A DNA stretch of 60,042 nucleotides, filler included, from Circinaria calcarea (lineage: Eukaryota): NCBI GenBank assembly GCA_051942165.1. It is 10 parts of 10 records of this genome, joined end to end, with 100 filler letters (N's around TTAATTAATTAA, not from the genome) between each part and the next. Parts side by side here need not be neighbours in the genome. Positions count along the whole stretch, not along the records: positions 6,028 to 11,952 come from JAVECS010001741.1; positions 12,053 to 17,975 come from JAVECS010001742.1; positions 18,076 to 23,994 come from JAVECS010001743.1; 7 more parts are not named here. One strand, 5' to 3'. Positions 10,652 to 22,700 of the stretch are shown here, in pieces. Below the pieces are notes generated by a model. That model was not told the origin of the DNA. It worked only from the letters and a program-made list of their open reading frames with translations, and ran no database searches. A program made the position numbers and the translations under genes. Position 1 is the stretch's first letter, and each line of letters begins with the position of its first letter.

Positions 10652-11952
10652 ATGTTTTTACTATCCCTCCTTGTCTTTCAAGCCATTGGCTTGACCTTTA
10701 CTTCTCCTATTCACCCACGAGAATTGGCCACAACTCTATGGGATGTCATCGTCGTCGGTTCAGGTCCCGCAGGCGTCATCGTTGCCAGTCGGCTTAGTGA
10801 GAATGCAACAAAGAACGTACTTCTCCTGGAAGGAGGTGGGCCATCGTATGGTATCACCGGAGGCACCGAGCGGCCCCAATGGCTAGCCGGCACCGGTCTG
10901 AGCCGTGTTGACGTTCCTGGACTCTATACCTCTATCTTTTCTGCCCCTACCAATATGACCTGCAGCAGCAGAGATCTACGAGCTTTCGGTGGTTGCACCA
11001 TCGGTGGCAACAGTGCGATCAATGCTGGGCTTTTCTTTGAGCCACCATCCTCGGACTTTGATACCTACTTCCCTGCAGGATGGAAGCACGCTGATCTCCG
11101 GCCTTCGATTACCAGGCTCTATCAGACACAGGTATCAAGCGACAACCCTTCCCCGGATCAGATACGATATTTGCAATCAGGATATACTGCAGCGAAGGAT
11201 TGGCTTGTTACTGGAGCTGGTTATGCTGAAACTGATATCAACGCAAACGCTGCTAGCAAAACCAAGGTGTTTGGTCGCCCCGTCTACAACTACAATAACG
11301 GCCAGCGTAGTGGACCCGTGATCAGTTACATGCAAACGGCCCTGCAACGCCCAAACTTCCACCTGCAGAGCGGTGCCTGGGTTCAGCGCGTCATTCGGAC
11401 AGAGAATGTAGCTACAGGCGTCGTTGCCAACGTTGGTGGTGTTATGACCACATTTTCTCTGTCGACCAAGGGAAGGGTCATCCTTAGTGGTGGCGCCTTG
11501 AAGTCTCCCGAGCTACTGATGAAATCCGCCATCGGTGATCCCGCTGTTCTCACACGCCTCCAGCAAGCTAACAAGCTCGGCGGCGTTCCTCCCTCGGCCT
11601 GGATCAACAACACCGCGGTCGGGGCCGGTCTTTTCGACAACCCGAATACGTTCATCGAGCTTTCCAGCCCCGCCGTTCAAGCGTACTTCTACTCCTACGA
11701 GAACCCATCTGCTTCTGACAGGACACTCTACTTGCAAAGCCGATCGGGCCCATACTCGTTGGCCTCACAGATAAGCGTATTCTGGGATACCATCAAGCAC
11801 GCAGACGGTACCGTGGCAGGAATGCAAGGTACAATTGGTTCAGCTGGCTTCCAAGACTTTACTGACAACATGACCATCACACTAAACATCTACGGCACCT
11901 CGGGCCTCAAGTCATCCGGTAGGGTGGAGCTGGATTCCAACTTTGTCCCGGG
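10652..11952 (+). CDS. Secreted GMC oxidoreductase, cellobiose dehydrogenase flavin-domain-like (AA3_1), 3' truncated
   Basis: Signal peptide, DVIVVGSGPAG FAD-binding motif, VLLLEGGGPS, LSRVDVPGL, GCTIGGNSAINAGLFF, GRVILSGGA. Confidence 0.85.
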
Positions 11953-12052
11953 NNNNNNNNNNNNNNNNNNNNNNNNNNNNNNNNNNNNNNNNNNNNTTAA
12001 TTAATTAANNNNNNNNNNNNNNNNNNNNNNNNNNNNNNNNNNNNNNNNNNNN
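11953..12052. other. Artificial contig spacer
   Basis: N44-TTAATTAATTAA-N44. Confidence 0.98.
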
Positions 12053-13885
12053 CAACAACATCTTGCGAGCGGCAGGAAGGACTCGCAATACCTTACCGTA
12101 CCCCATAATACCGGAGCATCTGCGTAGCATATGATGAAACAAACGACCATCATCTCGATAGACAAAGTTTGCTCCGGCTTTTACTAAAGTCCAAATGCCC
12201 GTCCTCAAATACACTTTTCGATTTTGCGTAACATTGGCCAGAAGGCTTTCCCGATAATGGTTCATCGATTCCGTCCCTTAAGGGTGCAGCCAGCCAGATC
12301 GTCTTCGAAACAATGTTTGAGGTCTTCTTCAACTCCAGATCCCTGGACTACGAGACCCCAGTGATGGATTGCATTGATCAACTGAACGAGGTTCCCGTAA
12401 CGCAACCACCTTCTGTCAACATTCCCGAGTGCATCTCAGCCATATTGAAGCCGATCGATTGAATACCGGCTACTATCTTGTTCCGAGGAAGTCGAAAGGT
12501 AGTAGGAGATGTGGTCTGCGGTTGGAGTCGTTGCGGATTTCTACGGGGTTCGGCATTGACCTTGGCCTGAAAGCAATAGAGTTGAAACTAGACACCATTC
12601 AAAATCACCTCGTCATTTCTGAGCTGATGGCCTTTTTGGCCGGTCCTGAGGATGCAATGGATTTGTAAACTTTTCTGCTTGTGTAGAAACCTATCGTACA
12701 ATGAAATACCAAAGACTACAGCCAGGTTATCTCATGCGGATTTTAGTGAGTCGTTTTGTCCACTCCTTAAAATACCCGTAATAAAAACTGGAAAATAAAG
12801 ACTGCGATTCTTATAATTAATGAGTTTTCGAAAGTCTAGATATAGGAGTTAATACTTACACTTTCAATAATCTTGCCTGACGTTACAGCCTCCTAGATAT
12901 GATTTAAACCATCTATAGAACAAGGCGCCGGCGCATGTTAACGAGTAGATTATATGCGAGATTCAAGACTGAGGCGTGCACCGTATTGACGACTGGCCAC
13001 TTAATTCCCCTGATCAAAATCCCATAGAACAAGCATGGAAGCGGGAGTATCGTTTTTTTTTATTAAAAAAATGAATTATACAATGCGCATAATATGGATA
13101 AAACTGAAGCTTATCATCCATAATGAGATAGGGTGGAAATACAAAAGGGGCGTGTGCCAATTTTCGTACTGCTAAAACGTCGCCATATACTATTATAAAA
13201 AGACAATCAGCAGGCGCTATCGGTCTAGGCGCAATATGATGTCGGGGTACTAACTATTAACATCTTTCTATAAACGTCTCTAAGGGGTCCAAATCTTAAC
13301 TGCCCCTTTACTCTCCCAGAAAAAGGCGCTAGGGTTCTTTTCTTTTACGTTCCCACTTGCGATTGGTACCATGTAATCCAGACTTGAAGCGAAACTTCCT
13401 TCCATTCGCTTAGCCCAAGGTGATTTGGGGGTTCGGAAGTACGAAAAGATCTGAATGGTTGGATATGCCGATGTTGCCGCGCGTCTGTTTTTGCGATCTT
13501 TAGTAGCTAATAGATTTCTAAAAGACTCTGCGGGTGAAACATCCTTTCTATTAGGAACCAGCAACTCTGAATTGAACGTGGCCTGGTTAGATGAAGCCGG
13601 AATTGAAGGCACATCTAAGGAGGTGGTCTAATTGCGATACGCTGTCCTTTAAAGCTGCGCCACTCAACTCAATAAATTGAGCATATGTCTTTGCTTTTTG
13701 CAAAGGTAAATAACAAGGGGAGAGATAACTTTCATGGATGATTATGTATCTAAGTCATGTATAAAAACGTATGGTGCGTTGATATTCGTGTAGACATTCC
13801 GTGTTGCAAAACCACACAAGTAGTATGTGCACGCTCGGAGAATACAAATCACGAAGTAGCGAGGGCTAGATGAAGCTGCAAAGCG

Positions 13886-14602
13886 ATGGAGATTATCGCC
13901 GGAGATAAGAATTCACTGCCAACTATATCCTTCAACGCGAAAGGCCTTGTCGAGCATGGCTACGACCAGGTAGCCCCCGCATATCTCTCCAAGTTCGCAC
14001 CCCGGTCGATTCCCACCCGCGCCGCCTACATCGAGAAGCTCCTCGCAAAGCTTCCACCAGGCGCCAAGGTGCTCGAATTGGGCTGCGGCCCTGGCGTGCC
14101 CTGTACCCAGACTTTCATTACGCATGGCCTGGAGGTAACAGGCGTGGACATATCTTCTGTTCAGATCGAGCTAGCCCGTCAACATGTCCCGCAGGCGACA
14201 TTGATCCATGCCGATATGATGGCACTTTCCTTTCCCCCCGCCAGCTTCGACGCGGTGGTCGCGTTCTATTCGATCTTTCATCTGCCAAAGGAAGAGCAAG
14301 GGATGATGATTGGACGGGTCGCCGGATGGTTGAAGGAAGGAGGATGGTTCCTATGCAACTTACATGCGGATGAAGGGGACCTGGTGTTGGACGACTGGCT
14401 GAGCCCCGGAGTTAGGATGTTTTCGAGCGGACTGGGAGTGCAAGGGAATAGGGATATGCTGCGGGAAGATGGAAACGGCTTGACGATTGTGGATGACGAG
14501 ATTGCGGTGGAAAAGGTAGGTCGAGTGGAGGCGAGGTTTCACTGGATTTTTGCCATGCATAGGGGTAAGGGGAGATGTATTGGGAAAAGACAAATCGAAT
14601 GA
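13886..14602 (+). CDS. Class I SAM-dependent methyltransferase
   Basis: VLELGCGPG (motif I), VTGVDIS, FDAVVAFYSIFHLP, WLKEGG. Intronless 238 aa. Confidence 0.88.
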   Translation: MEIIAGDKNSLPTISFNAKGLVEHGYDQVAPAYLSKFAPRSIPTRAAYIEKLLAKLPPGAKVLELGCGPGVPCTQTFITHGLEVTGVDISSVQIELARQHVPQATLIHADMMALSFPPASFDAVVAFYSIFHLPKEEQGMMIGRVAGWLKEGGWFLCNLHADEGDLVLDDWLSPGVRMFSSGLGVQGNRDMLREDGNGLTIVDDEIAVEKVGRVEARFHWIFAMHRGKGRCIGKRQIE

Positions 14603-14818
14603 AGGCAATATTATACTCGGGTTTTGTTATGCGCGAGGATAAGGGGGGGTTAAGGCGTTGAACACCGAGTTGAATACGTCCTCTCATTTGGACTAGAGAG
14701 AAAAGTTCAGCATATCATATTGCTTTAGAACTTTTGTCACTATCGCAAAAGGCCCCCGAGCTGGTGATTTTCTCTTCCTTAAACCTTCTGCGAGACGATG
14801 CCTTCCCTGATATTTGCA

Positions 14819-15589
14819 TCATCTGTAGCCCAGTTCGCTTAAGCGACGATCAATTTTGCTTTGACGAACCGCTTCCTCCTCCTTTGGTGCTTCGTCCCAG
14901 TGATACTTTTGAAGAAATGCTTTGTCCGCCAGCATGAAATCAAGACCCATACACAATGGACAAGCCAGCCCGACACCACAGCCCATAAATGCGTCATATC
15001 TCTGCGCAACTCCACGGGTACAGCCGGGACAGATATCTCGTTGCTCACAACAAACAATGCAACGGCCTCCTTCGAGGTGGGCAATAACATCAGGAACAGC
15101 CACTTCGGAGAAAAGGCACGCTGGTAGAAGCTTTGAATTGTCAACGGAGCAATCTAGTAGAATTGAAAAGGCGGCCGTAGCTGCATCAGTCTGATTGACC
15201 TTGAGATTGGGAAATGAATCGGAGGACGCGGAATCTGGGCTGGCTAGGAAATGCTCAAAAGCTCGCACTTGAGCAGTGTCATCTAGGGAGAAGCAGTCCG
15301 GCCCATCAACCAAATTGCTCAAACCACAGAAGAGCACTCTGCCAAGTGAACAATCCTTTATTGAAATTGCTCTAACATAGCAAAAGTCTTGCTCCCTGTC
15401 CCTTCTTACAGATCCCAATATCTTAAGCCATAGTTCCAGAGGGAGAGCAAGGCCGCATTTGCTACCGACACTTTTGGTGGTAATGGCATATCCGAGATAG
15501 CGAATGCCGAACAGACCCTTGTCCAGAAGCAACAGAGGCCTATCCTCCCAGAACTTGGCAGTGAGAGTGTCTGGTGTGACTGGTCGCAT
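14819..15589 (-). CDS. Hypothetical protein with F-box-like segment and Cys-rich C-terminus
   Basis: LALPLELWLKIL motif. C-terminal CIVC...CPGC...GCG...CPLC. First ATG at 15589. Confidence 0.6.
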   Translation of the reverse strand: MRPVTPDTLTAKFWEDRPLLLLDKGLFGIRYLGYAITTKSVGSKCGLALPLELWLKILGSVRRDREQDFCYVRAISIKDCSLGRVLFCGLSNLVDGPDCFSLDDTAQVRAFEHFLASPDSASSDSFPNLKVNQTDAATAAFSILLDCSVDNSKLLPACLFSEVAVPDVIAHLEGGRCIVCCEQRDICPGCTRGVAQRYDAFMGCGVGLACPLCMGLDFMLADKAFLQKYHWDEAPKEEEAVRQSKIDRRLSELGYR

Positions 15590-16023
15590 GATTGACCGAG
15601 CGCTTGTCAGGACCACACTGAAATAATTGAAGTGTAAGTGTTTCGTGGATGCTCTGTTCTCGCTTTAGGGGTATCTCGGGGTGAAAAACACCAAAAGAGA
15701 AGGTGGAAGAGAGTTGTTGTCTCTCTGAAGATTAATCGCTATAGATCGTTCGAGCTGGAGGGGTAACTATCGGAGTCATTAAAGGTTCGAAGAGTGATGG
15801 CTCTTCACGGCCTTTGGAGGTGACAAGATGGTACAGACTATCACAAGCCCGAAAAATGCTGAACGCACAGACGGTTGCCTTCATGTGATTTCTGAACTAT
15901 GAATAACGAAATGGTTTCAAAAGATTGTTGCACTTACTCCAATGTCATCCATCTGCAATTCTTCCACATTGCCACACAGGTACCAAAGGCATAGGAACTC
16001 TACTCAATTATAGATCATCCACA

Positions 16024-16698
16024 ATGCCAGATCCGAAGACGCTACTCATCCGGAAACCCGTAAACAACTCTCAACGCTTCTACCGAAGAATGAAGCAAGT
16101 CTGGACTACAGTTGTCGCCCGACTCAAGGTGAAGAGCAAATTAGCCAAGAAGGAAGCTGAGGACAAGACCCGAGCCGAGGCCAGAGACAAGGCGAGGACG
16201 GCGGCTTTGAATGTCAAACAAACATCGCCTCTTCTCGCCTTGCCATTCGAGATCCAGGAAATGATTCTTAACGAATTGGCATCTGAGGATCAACAAGGTC
16301 GCCCACGTTGGGAGGAAGGTAGAGTGTCTGGCGCATTATGGGAACGTTCACTCCAGATGACTTGTCGACACTTCCGAGACAACGCGAGGTCCAAGATAGC
16401 TGACCAGGGCCTCCAAGGACCTCAATACGGACTCTCTTGCTTCAGATACGCCTTTGTTGAGCTTTTGGCCGACTCCCCATATCTACGAAAAGCACCAAAG
16501 CCACGAGGAAACACCATCGGAAGATATCTGCGAAGAACACGGAGACTGAACAGGGACGACGCGTATCTCCGTTGTTGGAATTATCCAGGAGTTAGCTGCG
16601 AGGGACAGTGTGGTGCGACTTGGGAATATCGAGTTCTCCTCGCTCTCCTTCCTGACGACGTGGAATGGAGTCGTGGCCAGCCTACCCCCCTATGTTAG
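16024..16698 (+). CDS. Hypothetical protein with F-box-like motif
   Basis: SPLLALPFEIQEMILNEL...SLQMTCRHFR. First ATG at 16024. Confidence 0.55.
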   Translation: MPDPKTLLIRKPVNNSQRFYRRMKQVWTTVVARLKVKSKLAKKEAEDKTRAEARDKARTAALNVKQTSPLLALPFEIQEMILNELASEDQQGRPRWEEGRVSGALWERSLQMTCRHFRDNARSKIADQGLQGPQYGLSCFRYAFVELLADSPYLRKAPKPRGNTIGRYLRRTRRLNRDDAYLRCWNYPGVSCEGQCGATWEYRVLLALLPDDVEWSRGQPTPLC

Positions 16699-17050
16699 GT
16701 AGGAATAGGATTGAGCGAGAGACTTGGACAGGAGTAGATCATCCGTGCGCTCGCCACATGGGGAAGACTTCTTGCTACACAAAACTGACAAACGACGATG
16801 TCGGTTAGAAAGGATCGGCGGTGAACATGTATGTCAACCTGTCATTGACGATGCCGCTACCACAGTCCCTGGATGTCCGTGGTTTTCCCCGCATTGCATT
16901 GCTTCATGCTTGACCAGGTAGTTCAAGCAGCTTATAAATTCATATTGCGACATATGACCATCTGCAGCCTGCTGTCAATTGATAAGATGTCGAGGATGGA
17001 CTGTTCACTCTGGTTTGGCAGCCGCCATTTTCGGACCTCATCCTCTCATT

Positions 17051-17975
17051 ATGCTGCCTGTGCTCCTTTCCACCGTCCTGCTGGGCGCTCTCGGCCATTC
17101 CTCTCCTTTGCACAAACGGGCAAACGCCAGCGATCCATGGTTTCTCGAGAGGTTCTCCAGCTTGGTCGCTTTTGGCGATAGCTACACGGATGAAAACCGA
17201 CTCGGTTACTTTGTATCCCACAACGGTTCAGCGCCTCCTGTAGGGACGGTGCTACCGGAGGTATTACCCGAGTATCATACTTCTGCAGTCGTGGAGCTGA
17301 CAGATCGCAGTCCTTCTATACACCAAGTGGCGGCCGAACTTGGCCACGCTACGTGGTCCAATACACAGGCAGCGAGACGAATGGCCAATTCGTCCCTCAA
17401 ATCAATTTGTACGACTATGCCGTCAGCGGAGCCGTCTGTTCCAACGAGATAACCCCTCGGATCTTCCCTCCCATCCAAGCGGATTTTCCCTCGCTCGTCG
17501 AATACGAGATTCCGGCTTTCATCAACGACACTACAGCTTTGAACAGCGCGACGGGCAAGCCGACCTTTACTCCAGCGCTGACTAGTAGTAATGCCGTGTA
17601 CGCGGTCTGGATCGGGACGAACGACCTGGGCGCCGGGGCTTTCATCACCGATAGTCAAGTAGCGGGCAAGACGCTAACAGACTACACAAACTGCATGTTC
17701 AGCGCATTCGACTCCCTGTACGCTAGCGGAGGTCGATACTTCGTACTCAATAATGTCATCCCTTTAAACCTTGTCCCCCTATACACCAATAGCACATATG
17801 GGGGAATTGATACCAGCTTCTACTTCGCAGACAAGTTGGACAATAATACCGCAATCGCCGAGCGAATGAACCAGCAAGTCACGACGGTCAACAATGTGTT
17901 CAGGTACCAGCTGCCATACGAAGTTGCCATAGCCAACCGTTATCCCGGCGCGAACTTCGCTCTGTTCGACGTGTA
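17051..17975 (+). CDS. Secreted GDSL/SGNH esterase (CE16 acetylesterase-like), 3' truncated
   Basis: Signal peptide, LVAFGDSYTD (block I), intron ~17261-17310, SGGRTWPRY, YDYAVSGAVCS, VWIGTNDLG (block III). Confidence 0.87.
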
Positions 17976-18075
17976 NNNNNNNNNNNNNNNNNNNNNNNNN
18001 NNNNNNNNNNNNNNNNNNNTTAATTAATTAANNNNNNNNNNNNNNNNNNNNNNNNNNNNNNNNNNNNNNNNNNNN
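17976..18075. other. Artificial contig spacer
   Basis: N44-TTAATTAATTAA-N44. Confidence 0.98.
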
Positions 18076-18454
18076 GGGTTGGGGTGGGCATGTTATGAGA
18101 TGCATGGTACCTAGTATCAGGTGTAGTTTATATGAGTGGGGTTATCTGGAGTTGTTTGTGGTTTGGTTGATGGTTCGGTGTGCAAGGTCCCTTGATAACT
18201 TTAAATTTGTAGGTCTCGAGATGGAATTCAATGTGTAAGTCTCTCGGTGGGTACGTTCTTGCCGTTTTTCGATCGGTTTCATTGTGCGAGTTCTCCTGAT
18301 TGCTCCTACTGTCCAGCACTGTAGCTACACACGGGAACATGCCTCGGACGGTCAAAACCAGAGAGCACGCAACGGGGGCAAATTCGTACATATCCACGTA
18401 ACCCCCCCCCCTTTTTCCTCTCTTCCACTTTCTCCATCGCCCAAATCGGCACGT

Positions 18455-19265
18455 CTAATACTCTGCCCCTCCACCCATCGGGAACTCAAACCCCACACCC
18501 CTCCCCGTCAACCGCCGGTACACCTCCGCGTAGGTATCCAGTCTGAAATCCACGCCGCCCCTCTCCTTCTCATCCAGTACCACCTTGAGAATCTTACTGC
18601 CGTCTTCTCTCGTGCGGGTGCGTTTGCCGACGATCTCAACCGGGTAGACGAGGTCGGTGAGGATGGCGTCGTGCACGGCGGTGAGGGTGCGGGAACGCGG
18701 ACGCTTTTGGGTCTGCGAGGTACGGGAGCGGTTGGACCGTTTGGGACGGGGGAGGATGCGGCGGGAGGCAAGGATAAGGACGTGGCGGTCGGAGAATTTC
18801 TTTTCGAGTTCGCGCGTTAGGCTGGGAGAAGTGGTATGATTAGTTTGTGGAGGTTTGGTGGGAAGGTTTGGGGTGGTGTATAGGGTAGATTTCGACTCAG
18901 CCGTGAAGTGAATGGGGTGGGCGAGGTAGATTTGGGGAAATGTTTACCGTTGCTGGACCTTGTGAAAGGCACCGAGGAGGGGAACGGGCACGAAAATGAC
19001 GATTGCTTTCTTGCCATGACCGACTTCGAGCTGAAGGGTACCAGACACGAATCAGTATCTTAATCTGAATACATATTTCCTCTTTTAGAGTCATCACTGA
19101 GATCCTTACCTCACGAGCAGACACAAATTGCAGAGGTCTCAATGCGCTCTTCATATCCGGGATATTGGTCTCGAGATCGTACAGTGCACTCGCGATGCTG
19201 GACTCCAGCTCAGACGGATGCTGTCTGGACGGGCTGTTCGCCGCAATCTTGTTGAGGTGAGCCAT
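18455..19265 (-). CDS. RPS7: 40S ribosomal protein S7 (eS7), 3 exons
   Basis: [11 protein letters not shown] | [23 protein letters not shown] | [51 protein letters not shown]. Confidence 0.97.
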
Positions 19266-19361
19266 GATTGCGGTATGCTCTTGCGCGGTTGAGATTGATG
19301 AGTGGGATTGGAGTTCTTGGTTTGATGTTTGAATCGTAAATTGTAAGCTCCGATCTTGTGG

Positions 19362-19370
19362 GTAGGGCTG
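19362..19370 (-). promoter_or_regulatory. GCCCTA (Homol-E/IFHL-like) ribosomal-protein promoter motif
   Basis: CAGCCCTAC about 100 bp upstream of the RPS7 ATG. The same 9-mer occurs twice upstream of BCD1. Confidence 0.45.
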
Positions 19371-19775
19371 ACTATCTCGCTAAGGAGCCCTTAGTGCTAG
19401 CGTACGAAGTATGAGGATATTTAACCACTATTTTATAAACGCCTAGTGATTGATGAATACTTGCATTACAGCCGTCTTCCCTTGTTGTAGAATCCTCCTG
19501 ACATCTACAACTTAGAAAACTTATAATGATTGTCGCAGTGCAGTGACAGGTCCACTTGGTAACGGCTACAACGTCTGATCGACAAGACCTTATTGGGGTC
19601 TCCAAAAACTATTGTGCGTGGACAAATTACCAAACCATATATCAATCTCTACACTCATTCCTTTCAGTTCTCAATTTACTACCTATAAAGGTAGTCTCCA
19701 CCTTGACCCAATATACCAGTGAACCTAGCACAGTCATCTGCTGGAGCTTCCTGGTATACCCAATAACACAGCACC

Positions 19776-22700
19776 TCAGTCAATACAAAATGACGGCAAA
19801 GGAGACTCGAATTTAAGCAGATCCCATCCGGGTTTTTCATAGCTTATCTCTAAGCACCTTAGGCAAACCTTTTCCGTTCCGAAGATACCGACGCTGTGTG
19901 CCTGACCTTTCTGCGAGATGATACTTACAGCAGCGAGACGCGCCGCCCAGTTCCGGTGAGCCCTGAATATTCCGACGCTTTCCGGACCGTCCAGAACCTC
20001 CTCCCAGCTGTCTAGACTTGTGTAATCGTATTTAGAACTGCTGTTATGAGGAGTAGGACACTGACAATCGATTTTGAATCGGTTCAAACCTTCGAAGTCC
20101 ACAGCGAGAATATCCAAATCAGCCACCCATTCTCCACAATCCAAGGCTGATATAACGCACTCGACAAAGTGGACATCTTGATCAATGGTCCGCGTGCCTT
20201 CCGTTTCCAAAGGTAGGGTCCAATCGGTGAAAGAAAGATGAAGTGTAGTAGCTTTGAAATTATTCTCTCTCTTCGAGTCATACATCGCATGAGTCACGAC
20301 GTTGTATTTGTCACTCAGTGATCGGATCTGAGGATCCTGAGGCGCAACCAACATACAGATGCCCGAGTGTCCAATACTCCCAACTATCCGCTTGACGTCA
20401 TATCCAGGGACGATGTCAAAAGGGTCGGACAGGACTGCGCCAGCAACGTAGATTGAATTCCCCGAGCACAACGCCAAGGTACTTTCCAAATCCTCCGGAT
20501 CCAGGTGCAAAGTACCGGATTCAAACATCGCAATACATGCAAACGTTCCTAAGCGATCAAGTTCCACAACTGCCATAGCCTGAAGGACCGGGCATTCTAA
20601 TTTGGCGCTTTGCTCTTCTGGCTTTGAAGCAATAAAGGAGGCCGTAGGGCTAGAAGGTATCCATAGAGCAGTGTGCAGTGAGTCGGATACCACTTTTAAC
20701 GATATAGTGGCGCCGTCAAGATCTTCATATACCTGAGATGCTAGAGTCATTGCGTGTAAAGACCGGATGCAAAGCGGTGGGAAAGTATGCGAGTCGGCCA
20801 TTAAATACATCCCAGGGGCCCTTTTATGCTGCTCATCACTCTCCTCATCACTAGTGCTTGTTAAGCACCTTATGTAGTCTGCGAGTCGTCCCTTGCATGT
20901 TGATGGGTCCGTCAGCTCCTTCAGACTAAGTGGTGGACTTATTAAATCGTTTCTAGCAGCTTTTGCCCTTTGAGAGTATTTTGATGGGCAGTCATCTTCA
21001 ATTGGGCAATGGCCATGTACCTCCTTTCGGGCGTATAGGCCCAAAGGCCACATGACGTGCAGAGGGCAGAACTGAACCATGGTCTGTCCGTCCAAATCAG
21101 AGCTAACTTGGCCGCCCTCACACTTTGAAGGACATTTCGGTCCTGAAGAGATTGGCTGGTCAGGCGTGAAACAGCCACATGAATGTTTAGAATCCAAAAC
21201 CGACGGACAGATATTTGAAGTCGTAGGCTCGTCCAAAGAATTAGCTGAAGACGGAAACAGGCGATATAGGGGAGGGGGGTTAACCCAGTGAAGATGTCTC
21301 TTGATAATCTTTGGACCGTTCTGTGTATATATCCCGTTCTCATGTTGTGCCGACAACTCGCCAATGCGAAGCTGGCTGTATTTCTGGGTAAACTCGTTAT
21401 TTATTCTTGATTCATACTCTGCTGAACCAGGATCTCCAATCTCACTGATACAATGAAGCCATCTCACATGAACTTTTTCGTTAATAGCATCGCCGTTGGC
21501 ATCTCGCTTTCTAGAAGTCTTTTCGTGAGGAACTGCGGTTGCGAATTCGATAAAGTAGCAGGATTTTTCGTGCGGTTTATGTTCATATGCTATGATTGCT
21601 TCGTTGCTTTTCATTCCACATCTTTTCGCGAGATCACGCAGGTAACGAAAACCACATTCGATATCAAGCTTATTACTAAGCCCAACAAGAATAGAGGGGT
21701 TACAGAGACCAAAAAAAGGAGATAACTTATATAAATCCTGGCATAGAAAGGTTTTTGCTCTGCGTTGGCCATATCTTAAAAGAAAAAGATTTTCTGAATG
21801 CTTTTTCTTTTCTGGAGACAATAGGGCCTCTGCAGCCTGTGCAAGGTTATATAGCCAACGCAAGTCCGAGGTTGATTGAGGATTTTTTATCTCTAGGTTC
21901 ACTTGCGTTAAAGCCCCCCAGAGCCCTGCGAACCATTGAGCAGCAGCTGTAAAATCAACCGATCGAACTTTCCAAGCGCCGAACATGCTTCCTAACGTTA
22001 TTAGATGGAGTTGGTGAATTGTAACCCGTGTAAACTCTGTGTTGCTCCTAACATGGACAGGGCCGCCATAGTAACGGAGATGTGAGAGAGTTAAGGACCA
22101 CTGCGTACCAGTATTTGAAGCTCTGGATTGTACGCCTATAGTACCAATCCCAGTGCGAGGGACAAGGGGGTCTTTAAACTTGACGTTCGCTGTTTCCGTG
22201 CCGAGAACAATGAGGTCTGGGAACAGATGCCAGGCTGATAATGCCAGAAGAACCGAAGCACTGCAAATTGATTGTGGCTTACCACAGAGAAGACTCTCCA
22301 CTCCGTTCATGGCTTGTTGCCATGCTTCAATAACTTTGGCATACGTCGAAGGGCCGCCATTGAAAGGAATGTTGATGTTCTTCAAGATGAGCATTAGTTG
22401 ATTTTGCTCCCAGACTTTGGCTTGGTCAGCGCTACGGAGCCAGGCACGTGTGCTGGCATCCCAGAGAGCGAGGTCCTGCCTGGTGATATCTTGACGTGCA
22501 CTAAGAAGACTTGATTCGGAGATGAGGTGGTTTTCCTTGAAAGCCTTTTCAATCTCACTTCTCCGTCCCGCAACTAATTCGACCCAAATCGATATTGACT
22601 CCTTGGCATCCCAGGCTCTGGCCAGTAAGCAAGCCAGCAGGTATATACCTAGAGCGGAGATTCCAGATGTTGCGGCAGCCCAGATGGCAGTGCCGTCCGC

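Noticed and set aside
12053..13620. Short ORFs and AT-rich stretch as a transposon relic
   Set aside because: No recognisable domain or terminal repeats, and stops occur in all frames.
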